Of a DNA stretch of 64,000 bases, positions 1 through 9,008 are shown piece by piece. Numbering within the stretch: the first letter of the stretch is position 1; each line of letters begins with the position of its first letter. Both the position numbers and the translations under genes were made by a program. Origin of the DNA: Rhodothermales bacterium (GTDB lineage: Bacteria; Bacteroidota; Rhodothermia; Rhodothermales; JABDKH01). The stretch spans positions 664 to 64,663 of the forward strand of contig JABDKH010000200.1 of assembly GCA_013002345.1 (NCBI GenBank). Direction: 5' to 3'. Below the pieces are notes generated by a model. The model was not told the origin of the DNA and did not search any database. It saw only the letters and a program-made list of their open reading frames with translations.

Positions 1-44
1 AGGCCCGCGTGGCATCTCAGGGCCGGCGCCGATACGTCGAGATA

Positions 45-194
45 CTAGCGGATCAGATCGCGTACACGGTCAGCTTGCTCTTGCTGAGCCGTGTCGACAG
101 GAGGCTTATCTCTCCAGTCGGCTAACTCCGCGTACAGGTAGTAACCACCTGCAAGGAGTACTATGAGGATCAATATGCGGTACCGCATCCTCAT
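45..194 (-). CDS. possible small single-pass membrane protein (49 aa), hypothetical
   Basis: Manual minus-strand translation from ATG 194-192 to TAG 47-45 gives MRMRYRILILIVLLAGGYYLYAELADWRDKPPVDTAQQEQADRVRDLIR. It has one hydrophobic helix. It is below the ORF-track length cutoff and I recognise no family. Confidence 0.2.
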   Translation of the reverse strand: MRMRYRILILIVLLAGGYYLYAELADWRDKPPVDTAQQEQADRVRDLIR

Positions 195-364
195 TTCTCA
201 TCTTTTGAAAGCCACAGAATCTGCTATGGTTATCGGCCTACGGCGACACGATTTCAAACCGTGCCACGTCTTCGGCGCCAGATGTTGCAGGCAACTACGC
301 CTCTAGCTAGCTTCAACCCGCAAAACCATCCCTTCTCGGCCGCCACGACCCCGAAATCCCGTCC

Positions 365-1240
365 ATGATCCCCAAAGAACTCTTTCAGAAGATCCGGCAG
401 ATCGAAATCCGGACGAAAGGGCTGGTCAACAGCGTGTTCGGTGGAGAGTACCATTCGGCGTTCAAGGGCCAGGGAATGGAGTTTTCGGAGGTGCGACCAT
501 ACCAGATCGGGGATGATATTCGTTCAATCGACTGGAACGTCTCGGCGCGAACCGGCGAGACGTACATCAAGATCTTCGAAGAAGAACGCGAGCAGACCGT
601 CATGCTGGCTGTCGACATCTCCGGATCGAGCAATTTCGGTTCTCAGGGCAAGTTCAAGCGAGAGATCGCGGCCGAAATCTGTGCCATCGTGGCGTTCAGC
701 GCTATTCAGAACAGCGACAAGGTGGGCCTGCTCCTGTTTTCTGATGAGATTGAGTTGTTCGTCCCTCCGAAAAAGGGAAAGCGTCACGTGCTCCGCCTGA
801 TCCGGGATCTGTTCGCCCACGAGCAGAAGTCGACCGGCACGTCCATTTCCACGGCCCTCGAACACCTGATACATGTACTCCGTCGTCACTCGGTCATTCT
901 GCTGATGAGCGATTTCTTCGACACGGCCTTTGAGAAACCGTTGCGCGCCCTCGCTCAGCGACACGACCTCGTCGCCGTGCACCTGCAGGATGCCAGGGAA
1001 CAGGAACTGCCGTCCGTAGGACTCATAGAGCTGACCGATGCGGAGTCCGGGAGAACGACTGTGCTGGACGCCGGTAGCAAGCGAGTCCGACGTGCGTTTG
1101 CCGCGAAAGCAGCGCAACGTCAGGACGACCTCGATGCGCTGTTCCGTCGACTGCAGCTTGACCGCGTACTCATTCGGACCGATGAAAGCTACGTGGACCC
1201 ACTTATCGCGTTCTTCCGCCACCGAAACCGCGCCCGATGA
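365..1240 (+). CDS. DUF58 domain protein (MoxR/vWA-associated), first gene of the Bat-type operon
   Basis: 291-aa ORF. The N-terminal IRQIEIRTKGLV...GEYHSAFKGQGMEFSEVRPYQIGDDIRSIDWNVSART signature is typical of DUF58. The stop overlaps the next start (ATGA at 1237-1240). Confidence 0.88.
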   Translation: MIPKELFQKIRQIEIRTKGLVNSVFGGEYHSAFKGQGMEFSEVRPYQIGDDIRSIDWNVSARTGETYIKIFEEEREQTVMLAVDISGSSNFGSQGKFKREIAAEICAIVAFSAIQNSDKVGLLLFSDEIELFVPPKKGKRHVLRLIRDLFAHEQKSTGTSISTALEHLIHVLRRHSVILLMSDFFDTAFEKPLRALAQRHDLVAVHLQDAREQELPSVGLIELTDAESGRTTVLDAGSKRVRRAFAAKAAQRQDDLDALFRRLQLDRVLIRTDESYVDPLIAFFRHRNRAR

Positions 1241-2253
1241 AGCGTATCTGCTCCTTCTCTCTCTTCCTTTCTGCTGCTTTGCTAGGGACGGCGCTTCTTC
1301 ACCCGCTGGTCGGTCCAGCCAGCGCACAGACAGCACGCGCCTACTCGAAAACCGATAGCACCTCGGTTGGCGAGCGGTTTGATCTGACGGTCGTCGTAGA
1401 ACGTCCCGTCTGGGCCCGCACGGTCTTCACCCATCCGCCGCACGACAGCACCGGACAGGTGCTTCAGATTGCAGACATCCTGATTCTGAGGACACTACTC
1501 GATACGTCGCCGGCCGCATCGGAGTCCGGCATCGACAGCGTGGTCTACGAAGTAACGACCTTCGCTCTGGATACCGCCATCGTGGGACCCGTTCCGGTTG
1601 GAGTCGTGGCGACCGGCGATACGCTGGCGATCTCGACCGATCCGTTCTGGATTCCCGTTCGGTCCGTGGTTCCAGGTGACGCCGAGGACATTCTCGATTT
1701 GATGCCGATCGCCGAGTTCCCTCCGGCAGTCTGGCCGTGGCTGGTCTTTCTGGGTCTGTTGATCGTCGCGACCGGTGCCTTCCTCTGGTGGTACCGGCGC
1801 TCGCCGCAAATCGTCAGTCTTCTGCGAAGCGAACCTGAAATCATCATATCGCCACTTGAGGAAGCTACGGAAAGACTCGCCGCGCTTGAGGTCGCCGATC
1901 TTTCCACGGACGAGTCCGTGAAAGCGTTCTTCGTGGAATTATCCGAAACATTGCGGACGTATATATCCCGACGCCTGGAGGTGCCGGCGCTCGAAAGAAC
2001 GTCGCGTGAAATGCTCGACGACATTCGTGATCGGGCGAACCAGGATCTGGCCCCACCGGAAATGATAGAAGTGGCATCCCTGGTTCTGCAAACCAGCGAC
2101 CTTGCAAAGTTTGCAGAACTCTTTCCGGCTCAAGTGGTCTGCCGTCAGTCGATCGAGCGCGTGAGGAACGTCCTGGAGATGACAGAGAAATTCCTCACGC
2201 CGGAGGATGAAGTGATTATCGATGAATCCGCGCTGATACCGGAGAGCGAATGA
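1237..2253 (+). CDS. membrane protein, DUF4381-like C-terminal part with an extra N-terminal periplasmic domain
   Basis: 338-aa ORF. It has a signal peptide (MKRICSFSLFLSAALLGTALL...ASAQ), one central TM helix (WPWLVFLGLLIVATGAFLWWY) and a helical C-terminal domain. It occupies the position between DUF58 and batA that DUF4381 proteins usually take. Confidence 0.6.
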   Translation: MKRICSFSLFLSAALLGTALLHPLVGPASAQTARAYSKTDSTSVGERFDLTVVVERPVWARTVFTHPPHDSTGQVLQIADILILRTLLDTSPAASESGIDSVVYEVTTFALDTAIVGPVPVGVVATGDTLAISTDPFWIPVRSVVPGDAEDILDLMPIAEFPPAVWPWLVFLGLLIVATGAFLWWYRRSPQIVSLLRSEPEIIISPLEEATERLAALEVADLSTDESVKAFFVELSETLRTYISRRLEVPALERTSREMLDDIRDRANQDLAPPEMIEVASLVLQTSDLAKFAELFPAQVVCRQSIERVRNVLEMTEKFLTPEDEVIIDESALIPESE

Positions 2254-3005
2254 GCCTATTCTCACCACAACTGGTTTTCCACCTGGCGAAGGCCAGAAGA
2301 GTGGCGGTCCTGACTGGCGCGGGTATAAGCGCCGAGAGCGGCGTTGCGACATTTCGCGATGCTGGCGGCCTGTGGGAAAAACTGAAGCCGGAAGAGCTCG
2401 CGAACTTCGAAGCGTTCATGTCGAATCCTGAAATGGTGCAGATGTGGTACGCCCATCGACGGGAAGTTCTGAATGACGTCGTTCCAAACCCGGCCCACAT
2501 TGCCCTGGCCGGGTTCGAAGATCTGTTCGACGAGTTCACCGTGATTACGCAGAATGTGGACGACCTTCATCGCCGCGCGGGCAGCCGGAGCATCGTCGAA
2601 CTGCACGGGAATATTCTGCGCAACTACTGTGTTGCCTGTCGGCAACCGGCCGGCGATCACGAACTGGACCGTCCGGCGCCGGACGGAGCTTACCGCTGTG
2701 CGAAGTGTTCCGGTTTGATACGTCCGGACGTCGTCTGGTTCGGGGAGATGCTTCCGGAGGGAGCAATCGAGCGTGCCGACTCCGCAGCAAGAACCGCCGA
2801 GGTGTTCCTGAGCGTCGGAACCAGCGCCGTTGTTTATCCGGCGGCGTCGATACCCATAACCGCCCGTATCACTGGTGCCTATGTGGCCGAAATAAACGTC
2901 GAGAAGAGTGCCATCGGCGACGACCTGGATGAGGTTATCCTCGGCCCCGCCGGTGTGGTGCTTCCGCAATTGCTGGAAGCGGTAGTAGCAAAACGAGCAC
3001 AGTAG
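2250..3005 (+). CDS. cobB: NAD-dependent protein deacylase, Sir2 family
   Basis: 251-aa ORF with GAGISAESGVATFRDAGGLWE, TQNVDDLHRRAG, zinc Cys pairs CVAC...CAKC, and VVWFGE. The start overlaps the upstream stop (ATGA). Confidence 0.9.
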   Translation: MSLFSPQLVFHLAKARRVAVLTGAGISAESGVATFRDAGGLWEKLKPEELANFEAFMSNPEMVQMWYAHRREVLNDVVPNPAHIALAGFEDLFDEFTVITQNVDDLHRRAGSRSIVELHGNILRNYCVACRQPAGDHELDRPAPDGAYRCAKCSGLIRPDVVWFGEMLPEGAIERADSAARTAEVFLSVGTSAVVYPAASIPITARITGAYVAEINVEKSAIGDDLDEVILGPAGVVLPQLLEAVVAKRAQ

Positions 3006-3027
3006 CGACCAGAACGAATCAGCGCGG

Positions 3028-4023
3028 ATGGAACTCCCGATCACTTTTGCCAACCCTGCATTTTTGTGGGTGCTGCTGCTGCTACCGCTCTTGCCGGGCT
3101 GGGAGTGGTACCGGGCGCGCAATGAGCGAGGCTTTGCATTCAGCACGACAGAATCTGCGAAATCGGTACACCCTTCGTTCTGGACCCGCATCAGAGGTCT
3201 GCCGACACTCCTTCGAACGCTCGGAATTGCTCTTGCGATCGTGGCACTGGCTCGCCCGCAGGAGCGCAACGTAATCCGGGAGCAGTTTGCGGAAGGCGTC
3301 GATATCATGATGGTGCTCGACACGTCAACCTCCATGCGCGCTCAGGATTTTCAGCCCAACCGATTTCAAGCGGCAAGAGAGGTGGGGGCCGAGTTCATCC
3401 AGGGACGGCTTTCTGACAGGGTTGGCCTGATCGTCTTTGCGGCCAAGGCGTACACACAGGCACCCCTGACCCTCGACTACGACTTCCTTCTCCGGATGAT
3501 GGAAGAAGTCGAGGTGGGTGTGATCGAGGACGGTACGGCCATCGGGACGGCACTGGCTATGGCTGTGAACAGGCTCAAGGAAACAGAAGCCGTCAGCAAG
3601 GTTGTGATCCTCCTTACAGACGGACAGAACAACCGCGGCGAAATAGATCCTGTCACGGCGTCCGAAGTGGCCGAAGCACTTGGAGTGCGCGTCTACGCGA
3701 TCGGCGTCGGCGCGTATGGCGAGGCACCCTTTGTAATCGACCACCCGTTCGCGGGAAAGCAGCGCCGAATGATGCCCGTGGAGATCGACGAAGACATGTT
3801 GCGATCGGTAGCAGAAAAGACGGGGGGCGCGTATTTCCGCGCCACGGACAATGAAGCATTGCGACAGATCTACGAGCAGATCGGGGATCTGGAAAAAACG
3901 AAAATAGAAGAGCGCACCTACATGGATTACGAGGAGCGGTTTGCGCTCTTTCTTTGGCCGGCCTTCGGACTGATACTCCTCGAGATCCTCCTTTCAAACA
4001 CGAGACTGAGGCGACTGCCCTGA
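3028..4023 (+). CDS. batA: vWA domain membrane protein BatA
   Basis: 331 aa. N-terminal FANPAFLWVLLLLPLL TM motif, MIDAS DTSTSM, vWA fold, C-terminal TM helix. Confidence 0.88.
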   Translation: MELPITFANPAFLWVLLLLPLLPGWEWYRARNERGFAFSTTESAKSVHPSFWTRIRGLPTLLRTLGIALAIVALARPQERNVIREQFAEGVDIMMVLDTSTSMRAQDFQPNRFQAAREVGAEFIQGRLSDRVGLIVFAAKAYTQAPLTLDYDFLLRMMEEVEVGVIEDGTAIGTALAMAVNRLKETEAVSKVVILLTDGQNNRGEIDPVTASEVAEALGVRVYAIGVGAYGEAPFVIDHPFAGKQRRMMPVEIDEDMLRSVAEKTGGAYFRATDNEALRQIYEQIGDLEKTKIEERTYMDYEERFALFLWPAFGLILLEILLSNTRLRRLP

Positions 4024-4032
4024 CCGATTTCC

Positions 4033-5055
4033 ATGGACTGGCTTAACCCGACCTATCTCGCGGCCCTGTCGACAATTCCTGCCGTCATCCTTCTGATGGT
4101 TTGGGCGGCTATGTCTCGAAAGTCGGCATACAAGCGCCTCGGCGATCCTGTCCTGATTGAAAAATTGGCGTCTGCGATCAATCCACGCCGCCGACGCTGG
4201 AAAAGCGGACTCCTGATCTGTGCGGTCGCGCTGCTGGCGCTTGCGCTGGCGGGGCCCCGATTCGGTACCAAACTTCGAGAGGTGAAACGAGAGGGCGTCG
4301 ATATCATTTTCGCTCTCGATGTATCGCTGTCCATGCAGGCACGCGACATCGCCCCCAACCGACTTGACCGTTCCAAGAACGAGCTTAAGAAGTTGCTGGA
4401 CGAATTGAGAGGCGACCGCGTTGGGCTGGTACTGTTCGCCGGAGACGCCTTCATTCAGTGTCCGTTGACCACCGACTACGCTGCGGTGCGTCTGTTTCTG
4501 GACGTCGCAAACCCTCGGCTCATCCCGACGCCCGGCACCGATTTCGGAGGCGCTCTTCAAATGGCACTGCAGGCGTTTAAGAGTCAAGCGCGCGACGCCG
4601 ACACGGACCGCACGAAGGTACTCCTTTATGTATCAGACGGAGAGAATCACGTTGGATCGATTGCCGAGATCAGATTGAAGGCACAGGAGGAGGGCGTGAT
4701 CATTTTTTCTGCCGGGGCAGGAGAAACCGAGGGCGTCCCGATTCCATTGGCTCGGGACCGCGTAAATCCTGGTTACAAGAAGGACCGTGAAGGACGAGTC
4801 GTGATGACGGCGCTGGAGGAAGGCCCGCTGCGGGAACTCGCCGGCGATGGGGCCTACTTCCGTATCGCGAAAACATCGAGCTCACTGAACAAAATAATAT
4901 CTTCGCTCGAACGTTTGGAACGAACGGAATTCGCTCGTGAGGAGTTTGAGGAATACGACGAAAAATTCCAGTGGCCTCTGGCGTTGGCATGCCTGTTCCT
5001 TATTGGCGAGGTCATATTGCGCGACAAGTCCGTTAACTCTCTCCCGCAGGTATGA
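4033..5055 (+). CDS. batB: vWA domain membrane protein BatB
   Basis: 340 aa. N-terminal TM helix, MIDAS DVSLSM, C-terminal TM helix. It is a paralogue of the adjacent batA. Confidence 0.85.
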   Translation: MDWLNPTYLAALSTIPAVILLMVWAAMSRKSAYKRLGDPVLIEKLASAINPRRRRWKSGLLICAVALLALALAGPRFGTKLREVKREGVDIIFALDVSLSMQARDIAPNRLDRSKNELKKLLDELRGDRVGLVLFAGDAFIQCPLTTDYAAVRLFLDVANPRLIPTPGTDFGGALQMALQAFKSQARDADTDRTKVLLYVSDGENHVGSIAEIRLKAQEEGVIIFSAGAGETEGVPIPLARDRVNPGYKKDREGRVVMTALEEGPLRELAGDGAYFRIAKTSSSLNKIISSLERLERTEFAREEFEEYDEKFQWPLALACLFLIGEVILRDKSVNSLPQV

Positions 5056-5705
5056 AAGCGACCTGGCTACTACTGTTTGCACTGGCGACGTCGCCTCCGT
5101 CTGACGGGGACGGCCGTGAGGGGAACGACCTCTTCCGTGAAGGCAGATATCGGGAAGCCGCTGACGCCTACCTGGCAGCGCTGGATGCACTGGGTCCCGA
5201 CGCACCGGTGGACGTGCAGGCATCGCTTCTGAACAATCTTGGCGCCTCTCTCTTCCGGATGGAGGATTACGAGACTGCCCTGCAGGCGTTCGTCCGATCG
5301 CTTTCGGTCGCCGACACCCCGGCCGATCGAAGTCGGGCTGCCTACAACGCCGGCAATGCAGCGTATCGTCAGGAAGACCTGAACGCGGCACTGTCGTTCT
5401 TCAAACAGGCCCTGCTGGAGGACGGACTCAACGACAGCGCCAGATACAACTTCGAGTTCGTTCGCCGACGAGTGAAGGACGACCAGCCGCAACAGCAGGA
5501 AGACAGTGGTGGAAAGATTGAACCGTCCGAGTATGCGAAAGCTCTCAAACGGCAAGCGGAAGAACTGGTAGCGAAAAAGCAGTACCGGCTAGCCCACAGT
5601 CTGATGCTCGACGGCCTGCGGGTCGACGACTCCGTGCGTGCGTTTCAGGACTTCATTGGTCGCACCGGCAACATTGCGGACATAGATCAACCCCAGGATT
5701 CATGA
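5052..5705 (+). CDS. batC: TPR-repeat protein BatC
   Basis: 217 aa. It has a signal-like N-terminus and TPR repeats (GNDLFREGRYREAADAYLAAL, YNAGNAAYRQEDLNAALSFFKQAL). ATGA overlaps at both ends. Confidence 0.75.
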   Translation: MKATWLLLFALATSPPSDGDGREGNDLFREGRYREAADAYLAALDALGPDAPVDVQASLLNNLGASLFRMEDYETALQAFVRSLSVADTPADRSRAAYNAGNAAYRQEDLNAALSFFKQALLEDGLNDSARYNFEFVRRRVKDDQPQQQEDSGGKIEPSEYAKALKRQAEELVAKKQYRLAHSLMLDGLRVDDSVRAFQDFIGRTGNIADIDQPQDS

Positions 5706-6283
5706 TGCGTCTGCTCATCTCACTGGCGACAGTCACACTTGCCGTCGTGTCTGCAGTGTCGGGACAGTCCCCCGAGCGTGCGTTTCACGACGGGGCGCGC
5801 GTCTATGTTGATGGCAAACTGGCTGAGGCGGGCGAAATAGTGGCCGGCGGCCTGGCCGAGTTTCCGACCGATCCGAAGCTCCTCGCTCTGAACGCACTCA
5901 TTGAGCAGGAGAAGGAGCGCCAGCAACAGTCTGGAGAGGGCAACTCCGAGCAACAGGAGCAGGAACAGAACCAGGACCAGGAGTCCCAGCAAAATCAATC
6001 CGGCGATGAAGAGGATCCTTCGCAGGAAGAGTCTGGCGAAGGCGAACAAGAGCAAGAGGAAGAGCAGCAGGGAGAGGGTGAGCCGGAACCTCAGGAGCCG
6101 TCCGAAGAGCAGCAGTCGGAGGACCGCGAACAGCAGAGTGTAGAGGCGGGAGAAAACCAGGATCAATTGAGCCGCGCCCAGGCCATCCGCATCTTGCAGG
6201 CACTTCAGAACGAGGAAGAGGAACTGCTGCGCGAAGTGCAGAAGATCAAGGGCCGGCCTCGTCGAGTAGAAAAGGACTGGTAG
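5702..6283 (+). CDS. secreted hyper-acidic Gln/Glu-rich protein (BatC-tail-like), hypothetical
   Basis: 193 aa. It has a signal peptide (MMRLLISLATVTLAVVSAVSGQ), a Q/E/S/G low-complexity core of about 90 aa, and a conserved-looking C-terminus LSRAQAIRILQALQNEEEELLREVQKIKGRPRRVEKDW. It is translationally coupled on both sides. Confidence 0.65.
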   Translation: MMRLLISLATVTLAVVSAVSGQSPERAFHDGARVYVDGKLAEAGEIVAGGLAEFPTDPKLLALNALIEQEKERQQQSGEGNSEQQEQEQNQDQESQQNQSGDEEDPSQEESGEGEQEQEEEQQGEGEPEPQEPSEEQQSEDREQQSVEAGENQDQLSRAQAIRILQALQNEEEELLREVQKIKGRPRRVEKDW

Positions 6284-8187
6284 TGACGATATTTATGGTG
6301 GGGAGCGGTATTCAGAGAAACGCCAGGAGGATAGTGGCATCCTGCTGGCTGTCACTCGTCATCCAGGGCGCCTGTTTTCTAAACCTGGCGGCACAGGATC
6401 TGTCCGTCCGTGCATCTGTCAGTGAGACGACCATCGGCGTCGAAGAGACGCTGACCTACACGTTGGAGATTAGCGGCCAGTCGATTCCCGAGATACCCTC
6501 TCCCAGCGCACCCGAGACCGACGGACTGGTACTCACGAACCGATTTCCGTTCACATCTCAGAACATGTCCATCACCAACGGCCGCGTGCAGCAGAGCACT
6601 GGCTTCAGTTGGACGTACAAACCTGTTCGAGAAGGCACAGCCCGGTTTGAGGCGGTCGAAATCGAGATCGGCGGCAAGGCGTACCGGGCGGATGCAATTA
6701 ATGTTACGGTTGTTGCGCAGGCGCAGCGCCCGCCGCGCGCGCAGAGAAGGAATCCGTTCCTCATCGATCCGTTCGGTCGCCAGCAGCCACCTCCGCAGGA
6801 GGATGCTCAGATCTCGGATCGTGATATGTTCATCCGGGCGTCACCGAGTAAACGCCAGGCCTATCAAAACGAGCAGCTCACAATTGAATACGCCCTCTTT
6901 TTTCGCTCCGGTATTCAGTTGAGACAAAGCCGGCTTGCCGATTCGTGGGATGCCGAAGGCTTCTGGCGTGAAGAACTGGAGATAGAGTCGCGACCAATCC
7001 CCAAGACCGTCGTCGTAGATGGTCTCCGATATAACACGATCATCTTGAAACGGGTCGCGGTCTTCCCGACCAGAACGGGTGAACTCCGGATCGACCCGCT
7101 CCGGATCGAGAGCGAGGCGTCACTGCCCTTCGGATCCGGTGATCCATTCTTCTCGTTGAGAAACCGATACCAGCCCGTGCGACTTGCCTCGCCTGCTATC
7201 ACGATCGATGTGAAGCCATGGCCCGGCAATCCTCCCACCTCGTTTGCGGGAGCGGTCGGCAACTTCACGATCGATGCGAATGTAGACAGAACCCGGCTCG
7301 ACGTTGGCGAATCCGTCCAGGTGACGGCGCGAATCCGAGGATCCGGAAACATCGCGACGCTTGAGGCTCCGGCATTCCGGCCACCGGGCGTGTTCGAGGC
7401 GTACGATCCGGAGATCGCTACAAGCGTGAACCGCTCGGGAAGCAGCGTGCGTGGAACGAAGACGTTCAGTTATGTGCTGGTACCCCGGGCCAATGGCAAT
7501 TTCGAGATACCCGGGATCGACTTCAGCTTCCTTGAGCCATCGTCCGGCGAATACCGGACCATTCGCTCGAATCCGGCGCCGATTGTTGTGACGGGCACGG
7601 CCGGAGAGGCAGCGATCGTCGCGACGACCTCAACCGGACTGCCGATTGACGACATCGCTCCGCTGAAGCTCGACGACGTTGTCTGGACCGCCGCTGACCG
7701 GACGCCGATCCACCGGCAACCGTGGGCATACGTGTTCGGCGCTCTGCCCCTCCTCGGTTTGCTGGGCATCGCTCTGTGGCAACGGCATAGCACAAAGCTG
7801 GCGACCGACCTCAAGTTTGCCCGAAATCGACGGGCACATCCCCTGGCGCGCAAACACTTGAAACGAGCCGAGCAGCTTCTGGCAAGCGATGATCTTGCGG
7901 CATTCTATGAGGAGACCGAACGCGCCGTTCTGGGTTTCGTCGGAAACCGACTGAATATCGCGGAGATCGGTCTCACCCGAAATCAGCTGGTGATGCGACT
8001 CAGGGACGTCGGAATCCCGGACGACACGCTCTCGGCTCTAACCACCCTTCTCGAAGAATGTGACAGGGCGCGTTTTGCACCGTCGGCACCGACAGGAATG
8101 ACGCCGGAGGATGCGCACACGACAGCCGCATCTCTCATCGTCTCGATTGATCAATCAGTGGCAAACCACCGGGCAGTTTCCACGTGA
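6283..8187 (+). CDS. batD: BatD oxygen-tolerance family protein
   Basis: 634 aa. N-terminal signal, large periplasmic beta-rich region, late TM helix (WAYVFGALPLLGLLGIALW), cytoplasmic tail. Its position after batC is as expected. The start is GTG 6283 or ATG 6295. Confidence 0.82.
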   Translation: MTIFMVGSGIQRNARRIVASCWLSLVIQGACFLNLAAQDLSVRASVSETTIGVEETLTYTLEISGQSIPEIPSPSAPETDGLVLTNRFPFTSQNMSITNGRVQQSTGFSWTYKPVREGTARFEAVEIEIGGKAYRADAINVTVVAQAQRPPRAQRRNPFLIDPFGRQQPPPQEDAQISDRDMFIRASPSKRQAYQNEQLTIEYALFFRSGIQLRQSRLADSWDAEGFWREELEIESRPIPKTVVVDGLRYNTIILKRVAVFPTRTGELRIDPLRIESEASLPFGSGDPFFSLRNRYQPVRLASPAITIDVKPWPGNPPTSFAGAVGNFTIDANVDRTRLDVGESVQVTARIRGSGNIATLEAPAFRPPGVFEAYDPEIATSVNRSGSSVRGTKTFSYVLVPRANGNFEIPGIDFSFLEPSSGEYRTIRSNPAPIVVTGTAGEAAIVATTSTGLPIDDIAPLKLDDVVWTAADRTPIHRQPWAYVFGALPLLGLLGIALWQRHSTKLATDLKFARNRRAHPLARKHLKRAEQLLASDDLAAFYEETERAVLGFVGNRLNIAEIGLTRNQLVMRLRDVGIPDDTLSALTTLLEECDRARFAPSAPTGMTPEDAHTTAASLIVSIDQSVANHRAVST

Positions 8188-8963
8188 GAAATATCATCGC
8201 ATCTGTTCTTGTGGCACTGGCCTTTTCAACGCCGCTTGCGGCTCAGACCGACGAGGCCGCACGTCTGCTCGATGAGGGTAATCGCCTCTTCCGCGAGGGC
8301 AACTTCGAGCAGGCCAGGATCGCCTACGAGGAGGTGACAGACCTCGGCGTCGAGAGTGGAAACGTCTACTACAACCTGGGAAACGCGTACTTCCGACTTG
8401 ACCGCCTTGGGAAAGCGATGCTGAACTATCAGCGGGCATTTCGCTACTTCCCGAAGGATGCCGCATTGACTCACAATATGGACCTGGTTAGATCGCGTTC
8501 GCGAGATCAACTTTCGGTCCTGCCCAAACCGATCTGGGCCAAATGGTGGAACGGCTTCGTCGACACGGTCGGCCTGAGACGTCTCTTCTGGCTGGGTGTT
8601 GTCGGGTGGCTCGCAGGTCTGGCCCTGTTCGGGCGACGACTTCATCTTAGGGCGATCTCAACGGCAGCAAGAAGGCTGGCCATCGTTCTGGTCGTGGTTG
8701 GAGGGCTTGCCGGTGCCGGAGCCGTGGCCACTTCTGCGGCCCGAACGGATAACGTGTCGGCTGTCGTTACGGCCGATCGCGCTGACGTCCACGAGGAGCC
8801 GTCCAGCGACAGTCGGGTCGTAATTGTCGTTCACGAAGCGCTTGTGGTGGATGTTCTCAGGAACGACGGCGACCTGCTACAGGTACGTCTGCCGAACGGA
8901 ATCACCGGATTCGTCGAGCCAGGGACGATCGAGACCATCCAGGCTGTCCGGCGTACCGAGTAA
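8184..8963 (+). CDS. batE: BatE: TPR plus C-terminal SH3b-like domain protein
   Basis: 259 aa. Signal peptide, TPR (GNRLFREGNFEQARIAYEEV, YYNLGNAYFRLDRLGKAMLNYQRA), TM segments, SH3-like end (RVVIVVHEALVVDVLRNDGDLLQVRLPNGITGFV). The GTG start overlaps the batD stop (GTGA). Confidence 0.78.
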   Translation: MRNIIASVLVALAFSTPLAAQTDEAARLLDEGNRLFREGNFEQARIAYEEVTDLGVESGNVYYNLGNAYFRLDRLGKAMLNYQRAFRYFPKDAALTHNMDLVRSRSRDQLSVLPKPIWAKWWNGFVDTVGLRRLFWLGVVGWLAGLALFGRRLHLRAISTAARRLAIVLVVVGGLAGAGAVATSAARTDNVSAVVTADRADVHEEPSSDSRVVIVVHEALVVDVLRNDGDLLQVRLPNGITGFVEPGTIETIQAVRRTE

Positions 8964-9008
8964 CGGAATTTCTTAGATTCCAGCAAGCGGAAGCATCACG
9001 CATGGATC

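Noticed and set aside
2262-3335. A long antisense ORF (357 aa) opposite the sirtuin and batA. Similar long shadow ORFs occur at 524-1336, 17139-17819, 18939-19733, 20658-21350, 40139-40828, 48760-49428, 49163-49834, 54921-55712, 61737-62882 and 63270-63956.
   Set aside because: They overlap strongly supported genes on the other strand, have Arg/Ser/Pro-rich composition typical of GC-rich antisense frames, and contain no recognisable motifs.
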